Shown: positions 25,441 through 38,652 of the stretch, piece after piece
Layout of the letters: each line of letters starts with the position of its first letter
Position numbering within the stretch: position 1 is the first letter of the stretch
Origin: Octopus sinensis
Taxonomy: Eukaryota
DNA length: 64,000 nucleotides
NCBI RefSeq assembly: GCF_006345805.1
Contig: NC_043013.1
Coordinates: forward strand, 31,186,001-31,250,000
Direction: 5' to 3'
Made by a program: the position numbers and the translations under genes
The notes under the pieces: generated by a model
Databases searched by the model: none
Seen by the model: only the letters and a program-made list of their open reading frames with translations
What the model was told of the DNA's origin: nothing

Positions 25441-27761
25441 GGATATATATTATAAACTTATATATTTTGTATTAATTTTTTTCTGAAGTGGTTTTTGACA
25501 CTGGCTACTTGATAAATTCTTATATAGATGTTATCCTTATATATTTACATACAATATACATATATAAATTTTTATCCACTAACGTTGTTCTATTTTGATT
25601 TGCTGTATGTGTTGCAGTGCATAACCATTGGTCAATCAGTGTATTCACAGTGAATCAGAGTGTGGATGTTGTACGTGTTATCAATTTGATTTTGGATTTG
25701 CAAAGTTCCCAACTGTCGTTTTTTTTTCAAACTAATTCATAAAGCACATTGGGCAGGAGTGGCTTGTTTGCGGGTCCCAATGCTTCTGATTTGTCGATAT
25801 GAATCTGTTTAGCTAACTATTAAATCTTTAGTAGCAAAGTAAGTGCCGAAATGAACACCTAGACATAAAACATACGTGGATGCTTATATTTACAGCTTCT
25901 CATGTCAATAAACCATTTTAGTTTACGTTCTGTTCCTGGATATAAAACAATAACATTTTAACTCCAGTCTACACTTTAATCTCTCCTCACAAATCTAGGT
26001 AAAATTTTTCATCAAAAGTCTAATTTTATACCTATTGATTTTCTTGTAAAATGTTTAGGTTTCTACTGATATTTTTCAATCTAATTGGCGCATTATCGGC
26101 AGACTCGTTATTTTCAGAAGATATTCAACAATATACGAACCAGTCACGGACAATCTAATGTCCAGTGTGTCATTTATAGATATAAATATTAACAGGGACG
26201 TGAACGGTAAAAGTAAATTATTTTCTACAATAAAATGCACAGTTTAACTACCAAAAGGAAATAACATTTCCTAATGCCTGTTGTCCTGAAAGAGATTTGA
26301 TTAACTCTTACGTACATCAGCTCATAGTTGTAGTGATTACTTCCTTGTGATTGCATTGTCCTTGGCCATTTGTTCGTTGTATATATATACACTTACAAGT
26401 ATGTCACATATACATTGTTTTATAACCACCAGCTAATTATCTCGTCTGCCGTTTCTCTTTTATAATATATGAATCTGTGGTCATATATGTTTATCGTAAA
26501 TAGATATTATATACAGTGTTTTTCCCTTTTATTTTATAAGAAAAGAAACAACACTGTAGTTACTGTACACTGATTTCTTTATTAATAGTTGTGCAACAAT
26601 AAAATTAACAAGGAAAATTTTGTTGTAACATAGTGCTACAAGAATTTGTAAAATCGATAAGAAAAGGCTGGCTCCTCCAAACAGAAAATTAATGGTACTA
26701 AAATATTCATAAAAAGGCCACTACTAAGATGATATGAAAAAGCCTATTAATGCAAAAAAAAAAATATATATATATATATATTGTTCCGAAAAGAAAAATA
26801 TCGATTTACATTCTATATCTATCTCTGTTCTCCTTACGATTGATGACGTTGTGCAGATGAGGAAAAAACACAAACCATTCTACGCTCCCACTAATTGTTG
26901 GTAAAATAAAACTTTCAGATAAACTTAACAATCAGCGACCGATGTGAGTGCGAGACATAAACGCAATCATTACCAAACTCACCGAACTTGAAAACATATA
27001 GAAACTTGAAAGGAATTCAATACATACATAAGCCATTCGAATTAATAAAGTATGAAGTGCAGGCTCATTGAAATATATAATAAACAATTAATAATATCAT
27101 CAAAATGAAACTAATTGGGTCTGCTTTTTATAGAGATAAACAATAACACGTAACCGAACAATCAAATCATTACAAATCTTCAAATCGAGTTATATTTTGT
27201 TTAATTTCAACCCCATTCAAACATAATTGAATCGTTTATTCTGATAATAGGGACTTCCTGCTACAACGTAATGACTTTCAAGATTAAAACCATAAATAAT
27301 TTTAAATTAATGGTATAATTATGATCAAATGCGATAATATAAATAATACTAACATGATCATTATCAAAATACCCCGACGTGTTTAAAACTTCTAGAGCAA
27401 GGATTTCACAAAACAAAAGGAAATGCATTTTTCAGTAAATTAATATTAACTATTCTTAGTGTCCATAAACTTGTAGAAATGCAAACCCTAATAACAGGGA
27501 TAGAAAATAACAAACAATAAACCTTAAAATTCTTAATTCCTAAAATCAAATCGAATAATTAATCAAACAATGACAGCAGTAAATTTCAATTAATGTTTAA
27601 ATATTTTTGTGAATCACTTATTAATCAAAGTTACATCAATATAAATGAAATTGACAAAGGAAACACGTTTTAAAAAATCGTCCATAAGAAACAAATTCTA
27701 AAATTATTGCCTATCGACCTCATAATTGCAGTAACTGTACGGCTAGATATCTATAATATAT

Positions 27762-27779
27762 ATTATTATTATTATTACT

Positions 27780-27816
<37 letters not shown>

Positions 27817-27836
27817 TATTATTATTATTATTATTA

Positions 27837-27874
<38 letters not shown>

Positions 27875-27946
27875 TTATTTTTATTATTGTTATTATTATT
27901 ATTATTATTATTATCATTATTATTATTATTATTATTATCATCATCA

Positions 27947-27996
<50 letters not shown>
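27762..27996. repeat. Long (ATT)n/(ATC)n tract
   Basis: Direct reading. Confidence 0.96.
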
Positions 27997-28540
27997 GTGT
28001 AAGAGAGCAGTGCATGCCATCAAAGTGACACTGGGTAAAACATACAAAGCATTGCATACCCATCATGACCACCCGTCTGATAAGTGTACAGTAGGCACAT
28101 GCATCACAACCATATGTTCGCGACATCGTTATTTGATATTAAGACAAACAGCGCATAAACTTGCAGGTAGGGGCCAGTTAGAATTTTCTTCTGGTGCAGT
28201 CGCCCATCCCGCTCAAAAGGTCCCTAAATATGGGTTGTTTAAGGATGTTCAACAAAATACACATGTTTCCAAAGGTGAATTATCCACACCACAAAGAATT
28301 CCTCTCAACTCATGGCTACGATGCCCCCACTACTTATGGTGGTGATCAGAAATGAACGTATCATCAGCCAGCAAGGGACGTGTTCAACTGGGTATGGTCA
28401 AGCAACTGACAAGCAAATCTGTGGTATTGAGAAGAATATGTGCTGTAGACCATCTTTACCAAGACAAAACAATGAACATGACAACACTTACAATCAGTTA
28501 AGATCAAAAGCCATGAGAGCCACTGCATGGTATTGCATCA
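27997..28540 (-). mobile_element. ~540-bp non-coding interspersed repeat ending in (TAA)n (probable non-autonomous retroposon or LINE 3' part)
   Basis: Higher-GC block that abuts the (ATT)n tract at its inferred 3' end; no ORF or Pol III boxes recognised. The repeat call is from recall, since there is no second copy in the window. Confidence 0.5.
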
Positions 28541-28906
28541 TTACATCCTCCTTAGCGAAGGCGTAATTATTGTTTTTCAGTCGTGTTTGTTTGTCCGTGG
28601 GCATGATATCTCAAAATCCGCTGTATGGATTCGGATGAAACTTTCAGACATGTTTGGTCTCGTGAGAAGAACGAACTGATTAGATTTTGGGATCGATCCG
28701 AAACAACGGCAAGGATTCTGAATTATTTTTCCGTTTTCTTTTTCTCTTACTTAATTATTGAGAGCGGTCGGGTTCGTTTTTAATATTCTCGTCTGTAAGA
28801 GCAGACGAGTTTATTTCAGATTTTCTCATTCTAAAACTCATCTGTGGCTAATCGTTGAGAGGACGTTGCCTTGACGGATGTTTGCGCTGTCTGATGTCTC
28901 TTGCTC
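28541..28906 (+). mobile_element. Helentron-associated non-autonomous element (HINE/DINE-1-like)
   Basis: Start TTACATCCTCCTTAGCGAAGG...GTTTGTTTGTCCG...GATATCTCAAAA...GGATTCGGATGAAACTTTCAG; end CCTTGACGGATGTTTGCGCTGTCTGA...CTTG. This is the subterminal-inverted-repeat layout of HINEs. Confidence 0.65.
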
Positions 28907-28967
28907 ATTATTATAATTATTATTATTATTATTATCATTATTATTATTAATATTATTATTATTATTA

Positions 28968-29008
<41 letters not shown>

Positions 29009-29022
29009 TATTATTATTATTA

Positions 29023-29067
<45 letters not shown>

Positions 29068-29098
29068 TATTATTATTATCATTATTATTATTATTATT
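28907..29098. repeat. (ATT)n tract at the 3' end of the second Dong-like copy
   Basis: Direct reading. Confidence 0.96.
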
Positions 29099-29627
29099 CT
29101 ATGTTTGGCTTTTGCTTTACATTTGCACAAGCTGGCTCCAAGTCTCACCCATAGACCTCAAGAGACAAGTTGGAAGTTCATGCTGATGTTATGCCTAGGT
29201 TGCCATATATTTGGTTTTGTACTTAGTGTTCTACTAGTGAATGCCTAAAAAACCATACGAAAATTATGTTTGTTTTAAATCTTGAGATAACAAAGAAATT
29301 ATTTTGCGTAGGATATGAGCAGTTCCCATGAGCACTACCTTTTGAATTTCTGCCATTTTGGGGTTTCATGGTATCTGAGTTAGGTAGCAATCATACCCTT
29401 TTGCTATCATTCTCAGGACACCTATGAGAAGAGTTATTGTTTTAGTCTTCAGGTTCCACATTTTGGTGATTTCTATTTCCAGATCTTTATATTTGCTCAG
29501 TTTCTGGTAGGTCTTGACAGGTACGTTTATATCGATTGGGATATATTGATATATATATATATATATATCAATGAGGAGGCATGATTTTTGTCTGAAGTAT
29601 TTTATTATGATGTCTGGCCTATTCGCG
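29099..29627 (-). mobile_element. 5'-truncated R4/Dong-type LINE (RLE + 3' UTR), (TAA)n on both sides
   Basis: ANRPDIIIK...KLSKYKDLEIEITKMWNLKT; homologous to 4463-4985. Confidence 0.85.
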
Positions 29628-29655
29628 TTATTATTATTATTATCATCATCATCAT

Positions 29656-29687
<32 letters not shown>

Positions 29688-29689
29688 TA

Positions 29690-29841
29690 TCCCTGTTAAT
29701 TTCTGTGTTCCTTTCTGTCGAAGAGCATAGGCTCGAAACGTAAAAGACGTTCTCAATTATGGAGGGTTAAACTAATACCATCTGTTTGGTGTATACACAC
29801 CTGTCTTCGTCTTTTATGCTTTTGCAAATTCTCACTATATA
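29690..29841 (+). mobile_element. Penelope-type terminal fragment with minimal hammerhead-like motif
   Basis: CTTT-CTGTCGA-A-GAGC-ATAG-GCTC-GAAA-CGTA-AAAG at 29711-29746: stem I, variant core, stem II, GAAA, GUA. Confidence 0.55.
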
Positions 29842-30270
29842 TACTCTTTTACTCTTTACTCTTTTACTTGTTTCAGTCATTTGACTGTGGCCATGCTGGA
29901 GCACCGCCTTTAATCGAGCAAATCGACCCCGGGACTTATTCTTTATAAGCCCAGTACTTATTCTATCGGTCTCTTTTGCCGAACCGCTAAGTGACGGGGA
30001 CGTAAACACACCAGCATCGGTTGTCAAGCAATGCTAGGGGGACAAACACAGACACACAAACATATACACACACACTTACATATATATATATATATACATA
30101 TATACGACAGGCTTCTTTCAGTTTCCGTCTACCAAATCCACTCACAAGGCATTGGTCGGCCCGGGGCTATAGCAGAAGACACTTGCCAAAGATGCCACGC
30201 AGTGGGACTGAACCCGGAACCATGTGGTTGGTTAGCAAGCTACTTACCACACAGCCACTCCTGCGCCTAT
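29842..30270 (-). mobile_element. SINE family A, full-length young copy
   Basis: Near-identical to 52251-52665. Confidence 0.93.
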
Positions 30271-30276
30271 ATATAA

Positions 30277-30316
<40 letters not shown>

Positions 30317-30749
30317 GTACACATATATGTATATACATATAAATAGAAGAATAGATAGATGAATATATACGTATGTGGATTGATAAGTCATTAATATTGC
30401 ATGCGGTCACAAATCCATCTGTATGCATAAACGAATATGTTAATTAAAATTACAATAATTTAATTCCATACTGCTTCTATATTGTGTAAAGCTACAGGCA
30501 AGTGACCTTGTACTACATAACTCACTGGTCTTTAAAATTGCGAGTGTGATGTTCAGTATGCATCAATTTATCTAGTCATATCTAAGCTAATGTAGCCAAG
30601 TAGAAATGTAAGCTTTTAAGATTGAAACATGTGTCTCAATAAATACATGCTCCTTATTGTTTGTTTTGTTTTTCTTCTGTATAAAACTATTGACTTCTCG
30701 TCTAAGAATGTACTCTTAAAATAGGTAAAGAAATACACGCACATATGTA

Positions 30750-30818
<69 letters not shown>

Positions 30819-31334
30819 AATGCATATATATATGTACAAAGAGAGAGAAAGAAACATATAACGTACATATATGTATATTTGTGTGTGCATATATATATAT
30901 AGTAGTGGTACAACAAGGCACCACTGCTGTAAACTGGAAGGTGCAGTCGATACATTTACGACGCTATAGTAAAACTTCAATATGTAGATACTGGTAAAGA
31001 CGTGCGAGAGCAGCGAACATGAAAAAATTCGTCTTACTTCTAGGAAGAACATCAGATAAATGGGCAACACAGAATCGGATAGTCTAGTACCTAGGTTTCG
31101 GACTATCCAAATCTGATCAGTCTTCTTCAGCTAGATTTATCTGGGCAATATTTCAAATGTTGATACATCAATGCCAGTATGCTCGCCTGAACACATAACC
31201 GTTAACACCGAGAACAGGGGGAAATTTTTCAATGAAAAATAAAATGTTGTAATGCCAAAGTATTACTTTCCAGTGAAATAAAACACCCTAAATTTAGAAG
31301 TATGAATAAGGCACCACTTTTTATTGGAAATAGC

Positions 31335-31460
31335 AGTTGTGTCAGTGGAGAGTCATTTGCTTTTAGCGCCTTATATTTTAACACACTCAACGGTAAAATT
31401 TCCACTCATTTACTTATTTATTTTTCTAAAATTTTCTTTGCGTCTTGCAAACTTTTCAAT
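31335..31460 (+). repeat. Single diverged arm of the fold-back element at 57314-57576
   Basis: GTTGTGTC..GGAGAGTCATTT...AACACACTCA.CGGTAAAATTTCCACT shared. Confidence 0.7.
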
Positions 31461-32015
31461 AGTTGTTGAATCTGTCCGTTATTCAAGCTGCTTCTTTTTG
31501 TTTTGTTTTGTGTGTGGGTCAATGCGCGTGCGCATACACATTTATGTATGTAATTATGTATGCATGTAAGTGTATGCGTATGGGCATATGTATGTGTGTA
31601 CATTTGTATGTATGTATTCTGCATATTCATGTATTTGTGTGTTTATCTGTTTTTATGTGTGTGTTTTTTGCTTGTGTATGTACCTTTGTTTCCTTGTGTG
31701 TGCATGTCTGGGTATATATGTGTGTATGGGATTTTGTGACTATGTATTGTGACTGTGTGTAAGGATGTGCATCTCCATATGTGTGGACGTGTGTCTCCAA
31801 CTGTGTCCTTGTGTGAAGTGAAGTGTTTGTGTATATGGTCATGTGTTTCAGTCTTCATTTACGTACGTGTGTGTATGTATGCTTTTCTGTTCATATTACC
31901 TTTGTACTTATCCGTCAGTATGTCTATCTGTTTATTTTAATGTCCATTTGCCTAAATATATGTGTATATACATATATATAAACACAAACACACACACACA
32001 CACACACATCCATAT

Positions 32016-33009
32016 ATCTACATAACAGCCCACTAACCACTAACTATTCTACTTGGGTTACATGAAACCCATAGCTTCGATGTATGTTGTTCACAAGAAC
32101 TAAGTTTTGTCATACAACATGAAAATTAACATACTGATAAAAGACTCAGTTAAGATAATGAACAACGTTTCCCTACTATACAAACCCTATGCAACGAAGA
32201 AACACGTAAAGAATTTCATGCACTGCATGCATTTCTCTGGATATGATCAGAAAGCTAGGGTTCGACTATACAGGGATGCTAGAAAGACGTTAGATGATAT
32301 TATATGTAATAAAACCATTGGTACCTACCCTAGATATAGAAGCAAAGACTGGAATAGGATACAAAGCGTTTGTGATAAAGTAGACAGGGTAAACACGTGG
32401 TATGAAACCGTCAAATATGAATGAGTGATGTTTGTAGAGGCCACAGCCCATGGAGAACTTGTCTGTACATTTAGGAAAACTCTGAAGGAGAGGAAACTCA
32501 ACATCAGAATAGTTGAAACGCCAGGGATCTCCATCAGATCACAACCGTAAAGGACGTACACCTTTGAGAATACCATATGCACCAATGATAATTGCATGGT
32601 ATGTAGGATTAGCACTGGCATTAACAGTAGAACTAGAAATGTAGTCTACAGCAGAAGATGCATAGAGGTTCATTGTAAAGACATGAAGATGACATACATA
32701 GGGGAGACATCTAGGAGCATTGCGGAATGCCTAAATGAAACATTGAGACACTTTAGCAACAAAAAACAGTACCCCATACTCTACCAACATTCTAAGGACC
32801 AACAATGGAGGCAATTTAGGTCAACTGGACATCCGCATTTTATCCAAGCACCCGAAGGAACCTACACTCAGACAAATACAGGAGTACCTCCTTATAAATC
32901 AAACATTCTCAGTACTAAGTAGGAAATATACGTAGTAGATAATCATACCCCCATATCGACAGTTTATATTTATATACAAATAGAATAGTTAGTGGGCTGT
33001 TATGTAGAT
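32016..33009 (+). mobile_element. Penelope-like element remnant (RT thumb + GIY-YIG endonuclease) with inverted terminal repeats
   Basis: One frame with 3 stops: MKPIAS...FSGY...YPRYRSKDW...VMFVEAT.HGEL...IRIVE..G...C..CMVC...VVY..C...TYIGETSRS; terminal inverted repeat ATCTACATAACAGCCCACTAAC...TATTCTA / TAGAATAGTTAGTGGGCTGTTATGTAGAT. Confidence 0.85.
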
Positions 33010-33707
33010 GTATGTATGTATGTGTAGATTGCATAGGAGATTGTTTCTTAGCCTGATCATGGTGAATTGGTGAATTATGGACACGGAATCTAAAACTGTT
33101 TTCATTTCAATATAGCCTGGCAAGATCTCTGCAAATTCTTAAATATCATACTAAAAGATATCAAATCTAACTTCACGAAAGCAATTCCCTGTTTCTAAGC
33201 TAACATTTCTGTCTGCTTTCAACATCTACTTAGGTTGTTTATATTGCTGTTTCATGTTGTCCACCGTGTGTCAACTTCCTGAATCAATATATTTAGTTTT
33301 ACTGCGAACATTTCTTAGTAGAAATTATGTCACTATGAACGGTTTATTTGATGTTCCTGTCAATGTAAAATGAAAAAAAAAACAAGCAAAAAAGTATGCA
33401 TTAAGATATCGCCACGATATCAGATGTAATAATGCTGGATGCTAAGTTGAATAATGGTCGAAAGAAAATGTATATATATATATATACGAATGTTACAGAA
33501 TAAAAGTCTACCTGACTCTGTATGAATATGAACAGATACAATGAATTGCAATCCTATCGAAACGTATCCTTTCATTATTGAATATTGCCATATTGGACAT
33601 TGAACATTTATTTCTTGATAGATGTTATGGAGTAGTAAAAACAGTGGTGTGACAGATTAACTGCTGTTCGTGTGCAGATGCTTAGCGTTGGTCTAACGTT
33701 TTAGTTT

Positions 33708-33740
33708 AGACTAGCGGGCCCCGTGAGAATTTCACGTAAT
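33708..33740 (-). mobile_element. Helitron-like 3' terminus
   Basis: Minus strand reads CGTGAAATTCTCACG (hairpin) GGGCCCG CTAG T. 5' end not located. Confidence 0.4.
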
Positions 33741-34850
33741 TAATGGTAAAATTATTGGATTAATTCTGAAAACTTTATCTCAAAAATCTGAAATTTAAGC
33801 TTCTGTTGTGTCTGTATGGAAAGATAATAACTCATCTGCTACTCATTGAAAAGTGAAAGAAATTGGAATACGATAATTACTTAATACACTTTATATATAT
33901 GCATATTTTTTAAGTTATGCATTTTATAGACTTAATGCACAATACTCATAAAATAAATATTCACTCTTATTTTCCCACTTTCCCATAAAAAAATGTATAC
34001 ATGATACAGCCTTTAGTTAAATTGCATATATTTGCCACATAAATAAGCTTGAATATTTCACGGAATTGTACTTATGCGCATGCGTTAAGTGATAGGTGAT
34101 TTAAAAAACTTAGTTCAGTTTTTTTTTAAATACACTTTTCACCATCCATTCACTACCACCAACACCACCACCACCACCATCATCATCATAATAATCTCCC
34201 TCCCTCCTTCCCTCTCGCATTCTCTCCCTCCCATCTTCCCCCCTCTCTCTCTGCCTTTTTTTGCCTCTTAGTTTTCTGGCCCTGGTCAAAGTTTTTCTCA
34301 TGACAAAAACAAATCACACTGTCTTTTAATGGATTTTCAAGTTTGTTCAAAAGCCTTTTGGATCTGATTAAACGGTTTACCTTTGTGTTTTTCTAACATG
34401 AATCGACCCCTCCTCATCACGTAATATTTGTATGTGATGTCTTTATGCACTACACTTCTGATTTTTTCCCAACACACAAAAATTGTTTTGCAATTCAACT
34501 CATTGATTTTCCTGGATTGTCTTCAAAGTTTGGCTTAACTTCCCCAATAGATTCAGGTGCCCTGATAGAATCAGAGAGCGGGGAATGTTTTCTACGTTTT
34601 AAAACAGCTAATACGCTTCCATCTTCTTTCTATAACTGCCACAGAATCCTGTGGACAAATAATATTGCAACTTACAGAAAACGAGAAATTTCTAAGTCAC
34701 CATTCTTAGCCTTCAAAGCCACAATCATAACATCTTTTTTACTTCATTAGTAAGCATAGGGCCTGCTATTGTCATTTTCTGAAAGTGAAGTTAAATAAAA
34801 ATAAAAATTTGACTAAAAAGGCAAGCGTCCTCAAATACCGTCCACAGCCA

Positions 34851-34853
<3 letters not shown>

Positions 34854-34925
<72 letters not shown>

Positions 34926-35186
34926 TTATATATATATATATAATATATATATTATATATTTATATATATATATAATATATATATATTTATATATTATAGA
35001 TATATATTATTATATATATATTATATATATATTAGATATATATATAGATATATATATATATATATATATATATGTTTATATATATTATATATATATTTAT
35101 ATATATATATTTATATATATATATATAATATATATATATATATTTATATATATATTATATTATATATATAATATATATATATATTT
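34854..35186. repeat. Long imperfect (TA)n left of the inverted array
   Basis: Direct reading. Confidence 0.95.
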
Positions 35187-36955
35187 ATAATTAATCAATA
35201 TAGGGTGGCAAAAAATTTTGTAGAATTTTTTTGCCACCAGCGGCCTAGTGAGAAAAAATTAAATAGTCATAGACCATTTTTAAGTTCAACATCACAATCA
35301 AGGAACGGCCATAATAGGCCATTCACCCACTAGAAATAACAGCCAAAGCTTCAACCGCAAAATAACATCAATTCCGTAAACCAGGAGAAAATTAAAAAAC
35401 ATTTACCCTGTAATTTCTTATACGATGCACCGTTTCATCTACTGTTTAATGGTAAACTAACCTGATTAAATTAAATCAAGCCAATCTTCCATAGGCCCTT
35501 AGATTCGTCAGTAAGAAATAGCCAGATCGGAACAGATATTTTCACGAGCATTTCTGTCCCTGCCGCGGCAATATCTGACCTAAAATTTTCAAATCATCGC
35601 ACTCACGCCAAATTTATCAGCAGCAAATAAATATAAGCCGCCGATTCCATTACGGAATTAACCAGAAAATTCATAATTAATCAATATAGGGTGGCAAAAA
35701 ATTTTGTAGAATTTTTTTGCCACCAGCGGCCTAGTGGGAAAAAATTAAATAGTCATAGACCATTTTTAAGTTCAACATCACAATCAAGGAACGGCCATAA
35801 TAGGCCATTCACCCACTAGAAATAACAGCCAAAGCTTCAACCGCAAAATAACATCAATTCCGTAAACCAGGAGAAAATTAAAAAACATTTACCCTGTAAT
35901 TTCTTATACGATGCACCGTTTCATCTACTGTTTAATGGTAAACTAACCTGATTAAATTAAATCAAGCCAATATTCCATAGGCCCTTAGATTAAAAATGGT
36001 CTATGACTATTTAATTTTTTCCCACTAGGCCGCTGGTGGCAAAAAAATTCTACAAAATGTTTTGCCACCCTATATTGATTAATTATGAATTTTCTGGTTA
36101 ATTCCGTAATGGAATCGGCGGCTTATATTTATTTGCTGCCGATAAATTTGGCGCGAGTGCGATGATTTGAAAATTTTAGGTCAGATATTGCCGAGGCAGG
36201 GACAGAAATGCCTCGTGAAAATATCTGTTCCGATCTGGCTATTTCTTACTGACGAATCTAAGGGCCTATGGAAGATTGGCTTGATTTAATTTAATCAGGT
36301 TAGTTTACCATTAAACAGTAGATGAAACGGTGCATCGTATAAGAAATTACAGGGTAAATGTTTTTTAATTTTCTCCTGGTTTACGGAATTGATGTTATTT
36401 TGCGGTTGAAGCTTTGGCTGTTATTTCTAGTGGGTGAATGGCCTATTATGGCCGTTCCTTGATTGTGATGTTGAACTTAAAAATGGTCTATGACTATTTA
36501 ATTTTTTCCCACTAGGCCGCTGGTGGCAAAAAAATTCTACAAAATTTTTTGCCACCCTATATTGATTAATTATGAATTTTCTGGTTAATTCCGTAATGGA
36601 ATCGGCGGCTTATATTTATTTGCTGCCGATAAATTTGGCGCGAGTGCGATGATTTGAAAATTTTAGGTCAGATATTGCCGCGGCAGGGACAGAAATGCCT
36701 AGTGAAAATATCTGTTCCGATCTGGCTATTTCTTACTGACGAATCTAAGGGATATGGAAGATTGGCTTGATTTAATTTAATCAGGTTAGTTTACCATTAA
36801 ACAGTAGATGAAACGGTGCATCGTATAAGAAATTACAGGGTAAATGTTTTTTAATTTTCTCCTGTTTACGGAATTGATGTTATTTTGCGGTTGAAGCTTT
36901 GGCTGTTATTTCTAGTGGGTGAATGGCCTATTATGGCCGTTCCTTGATTGTGATG
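35187..36955. repeat. Array of a ~486-bp unit: ~1.65 copies forward, then ~2 copies inverted
   Basis: Forward units start at 35187 and 35673; orientation switches at 35990-35991; reverse units start at 35990 and 36477 and end at 36955. Copies differ at only scattered single bases. Confidence 0.95.
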
Positions 36956-36962
36956 ATATATA

Positions 36963-37004
<42 letters not shown>

Positions 37005-37259
37005 GGTGATGACACTGACATAATGAATACAAATGTGTCTATGGCTGCTGGGACCATTTCATCAAATTACACATTCTGCATTGGAAAGGATGCAAATCCA
37101 TACACTAATTAATTAATTAGTTAATTAGTAGGTATCCGCCAGTCGTCTCATCGGACTAATTAAAGTTACTGTAAGAATTTCTATGTATACACTGCGGGAT
37201 GTTAGGTGGCACAAAGTCACAGTTATAATTTAAGCCGTGAGCTCTTATACTATCCAAGT

Positions 37260-37645
<386 letters not shown>

Positions 37646-37663
37646 CTCATTTCTCATTTCTCA

Positions 37664-37860
37664 TTTACTTGTTTCAGTTATTTGACTGCGGCCATGCTGG
37701 GGCACCGCCTTTAGTCGATCAAATCGACCCCGGAACTTATTCTTTGTAAGCCCAGTACTTATTCTATCGGTCTCTTTTGCCGAACCGCTAAGTGGCGGGG
37801 ACGTAGACACACCAGCATCGGTTGTCAAGCAATGCTAGGGGGACAAACACAGACACACAA

Positions 37861-37891
<31 letters not shown>

Positions 37892-38054
37892 CGACAGGCT
37901 TCTTTCAGTTTCCGTCTACCAAATCCACTCGCAAGGCATTGGTCGGCCCGGGGCTATAGCAGAAGACACTTGCCCAAGATGCCACGCAGTGGGACTGAAC
38001 CCGCAACCATGTGGTTGGTTAGCAAGCTACTACCACACAGCCACTCCTGCGCCT
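37664..38054 (-). mobile_element. SINE family A, full-length
   Basis: Same sequence as other family-A copies. Confidence 0.92.
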
Positions 38055-38134
38055 GTATATGTATATACTCCTGTATATGTATATATACATGTATATATAT
38101 ATGTATATATACTCCTGTATATGTATATACATAT

Positions 38135-38208
<74 letters not shown>

Positions 38209-38329
38209 ATATATGGGCGTGATACGTGCCTATGTACATACAGAAATAATATTCATACACGTGCACATCGAAAGTATTAGCATTTGTTGCACGGTTGTTT
38301 TTTAAGCAGCTTATGCACTCTGCTTTGGT

Positions 38330-38652
38330 GGGGAGCAATTCTCAAGTGGCTACAATCGCTGATAAGTAATTGAAAGATTCAATCTCTTTCGGCGTATGAA
38401 CGTTAGTATTTCTGTTTTGATGATTGAAAACTCCAGTCAAGCTCTCAAATATATTGAAGATGATTTATAAACTTGAATTTTTGGCTAAGGCAATAGGGAC
38501 GATAGATTACCGTAGTGGGTAATAATTGTAAAGACTTATAGTGATATATGATTAACCATTGAAACTCACAGCTGACCATAAATTGTTTCCTCAGTTTCAC
38601 TTTTTCAGTAAACTCAATCTGTATGTAGTCAGTCAATAATAAATATACTTCA
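38330..38652 (-). pseudogene. Candidate LRP-like pseudo-exon abutting a SINE array
   Basis: YLLLTDYIQIE...IYRPYCLS...HLQYI-TGA-ELDW; the TGA at 38445-38447 is where W of YWTDW is expected. Confidence 0.45.

Noticed and set aside
34854-35186. Irregular phase shifts within long (TA)n tracts as a possible code or higher-order repeat (also 43456-43841, 44378-44667)
   Set aside because: No reproducible period; consistent with slippage and long-read consensus noise.
35187-36955. CRISPR-like array or CRESS-virus origin for the 486-bp repeat
   Set aside because: There is no short repeat-spacer alternation, no Rep ORF and no NANTATTAC nonanucleotide in the hairpin loop.
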